Assembly (NCBI GenBank): GCA_049599895.1
Contig: JBMYPC010000010.1
Span: 1 to 38,593, forward strand
Reading direction: 5' to 3'
From: Bacteriovoracaceae bacterium
GTDB lineage: Bacteria; Bdellovibrionota; Bacteriovoracia; Bacteriovoracales; Bacteriovoracaceae
Length of the DNA: 38,593 nt
Shown: piece by piece, positions 37,402 to 38,593 of the stretch
How positions within the stretch are numbered: position 1 is the first letter of the stretch
Layout of the letters: each line of letters begins with the position of its first letter
Notes under the pieces: generated by a model
Seen by the model: the letters and a program-made list of their open reading frames with translations, nothing else
Database searches by the model: none
Told to the model about the DNA's origin: nothing
Program-made: the position numbers and the translations under genes

Positions 37402-38571
37402 ATGAAAATAATTCTCAACTTAATCCTCATTATCAGTCTCAGCACAAGCTGTGGTTGGTTAAATGAAGATGTCGAAGAAAAACCATTTGAAACAAATCAG
37501 GTCACAGGCCTTTGTGAGATGAAAACCGACGATCTTAGTAAGATCACGGATCAAATCATCACTGACTCTCTGCGCTGTATTCAATCCAATCTTGAAAAGT
37601 TTGCAAAGCTCGTTAAAAGAGAAAATCAAAAAAACATTAAGCAAAATGAACTTTCTCAGTTCGTCCAAGCACTCTTTGGTCAAAAGGCCAAAGGCTATAT
37701 TGATGGCATCATTATTATGTTCCAAATCAATGCCATTTTTCTCCAGGACAAACATAAAGAACTTCAAGTCAAAAATATTAAACCTTTATTTGATTCATTA
37801 GTAGTTCTTAATGAGCTTCTTGTGGAGATCTCTTCTGCTTTTTTTGATGTTCAAAGCTTCAATTATGAACAAAAACGAAAGACTCTAAAAACAAACACTG
37901 AAAAGCTTATTACTCGCCTGATCGATATTATAGGAACCGACGGCCGAGATGATCGCTATATAGACATCTATGATCTTGTCGAACGACTTAAAAATGAAAT
38001 TGGAGATCAAGATGAAGACAATAATGGCGGTGACTTCTTTGAGAAGATCACATCGTTTCTCAAGCTAAAAATGATCCTAGTTGGTGGAGATGCTAAGAAT
38101 GTCACCGCCAAAGAATTCCGTACATTCCTTGATATGTTCCCAGAATTCTCTCTCATTATTTATGATCTCATCGCTCTTCCCACAGATGAAGATCAATCAG
38201 AGTCTGAGCAAGTTGAGTTAATCACTAATATCATAAAGAGCTTCGATAAACTCACAGACAATAATGGAGTCAATCATTCAACTCATGTTTTAAATCGATC
38301 TGATCTTGAAGAGATTGCGAATAAAAACGACCTTGATGAGTATTATCAAAAGTTCTCCAATACCATTGATCAATTTCGAGAACACTTTCTTCTAACCACC
38401 GCTGAAGAAATTACTTTCTATGAGTTTAAATCAACTCTTACAATCCTTCAGTTCATCCTGCCTCTATTTAGTACTTACTATCAAATACAGCCCTTTCCTG
38501 AAGACTTCAAAAACCTAGACTTTCAGACCAGGCTCGATTTTTTCAATAAAATTAATAATGGGAGTGGATGA
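37402..38571 (+). CDS. Hypothetical lipoprotein, possibly cut short at the 3' end
   Basis: Lipobox-like STSC and a helical body. The stop codon lies within an abrupt G-rich terminal stretch. Confidence 0.7.
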   Translation: MKIILNLILIISLSTSCGWLNEDVEEKPFETNQVTGLCEMKTDDLSKITDQIITDSLRCIQSNLEKFAKLVKRENQKNIKQNELSQFVQALFGQKAKGYIDGIIIMFQINAIFLQDKHKELQVKNIKPLFDSLVVLNELLVEISSAFFDVQSFNYEQKRKTLKTNTEKLITRLIDIIGTDGRDDRYIDIYDLVERLKNEIGDQDEDNNGGDFFEKITSFLKLKMILVGGDAKNVTAKEFRTFLDMFPEFSLIIYDLIALPTDEDQSESEQVELITNIIKSFDKLTDNNGVNHSTHVLNRSDLEEIANKNDLDEYYQKFSNTIDQFREHFLLTTAEEITFYEFKSTLTILQFILPLFSTYYQIQPFPEDFKNLDFQTRLDFFNKINNGSG

Positions 38572-38593
38572 GGCAACGGGAACGGGCGGGGTT

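Overview
AT-rich bacterial chromosome segment. The gene families suggest a Bdellovibrionota/Bacteriovoracaceae-like predator (inference). Left arm: partial ppk2, M23 peptidase, SUI1/YciH, a secreted alpha/beta hydrolase, a four-gene minor-pilin/adhesin operon, ALDH, a class V aminotransferase, a PhyH dioxygenase, a short DnaB-like ATPase with a structured leader, and dsbB-dsbA. Centre (~16030-24290): a decaying island ending in an N-terminally truncated tyrosine integrase next to mutM. It holds three kinds of toxin-antitoxin pair (HigBA-like, DUF6516/HVO_A0114-like twice, Phd/ParE-like), a Fic pseudogene, and two diverged copies of an operator-HTH-secreted protein module, each with a different TA operon in the same upstream slot. 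Right arm: mutM, a PA14 lipoprotein, a 1582-aa Ig-repeat/LamG lipoprotein, and a divergent cluster of VTC polyphosphate polymerase, arylsulfotransferase-like protein, DUF4956 and a signal-peptide-bearing CYTH-fold protein. That cluster is the best candidate for an undescribed system (polyphosphate export and cell-surface modification). Family calls are from recognised motifs, not database searches.
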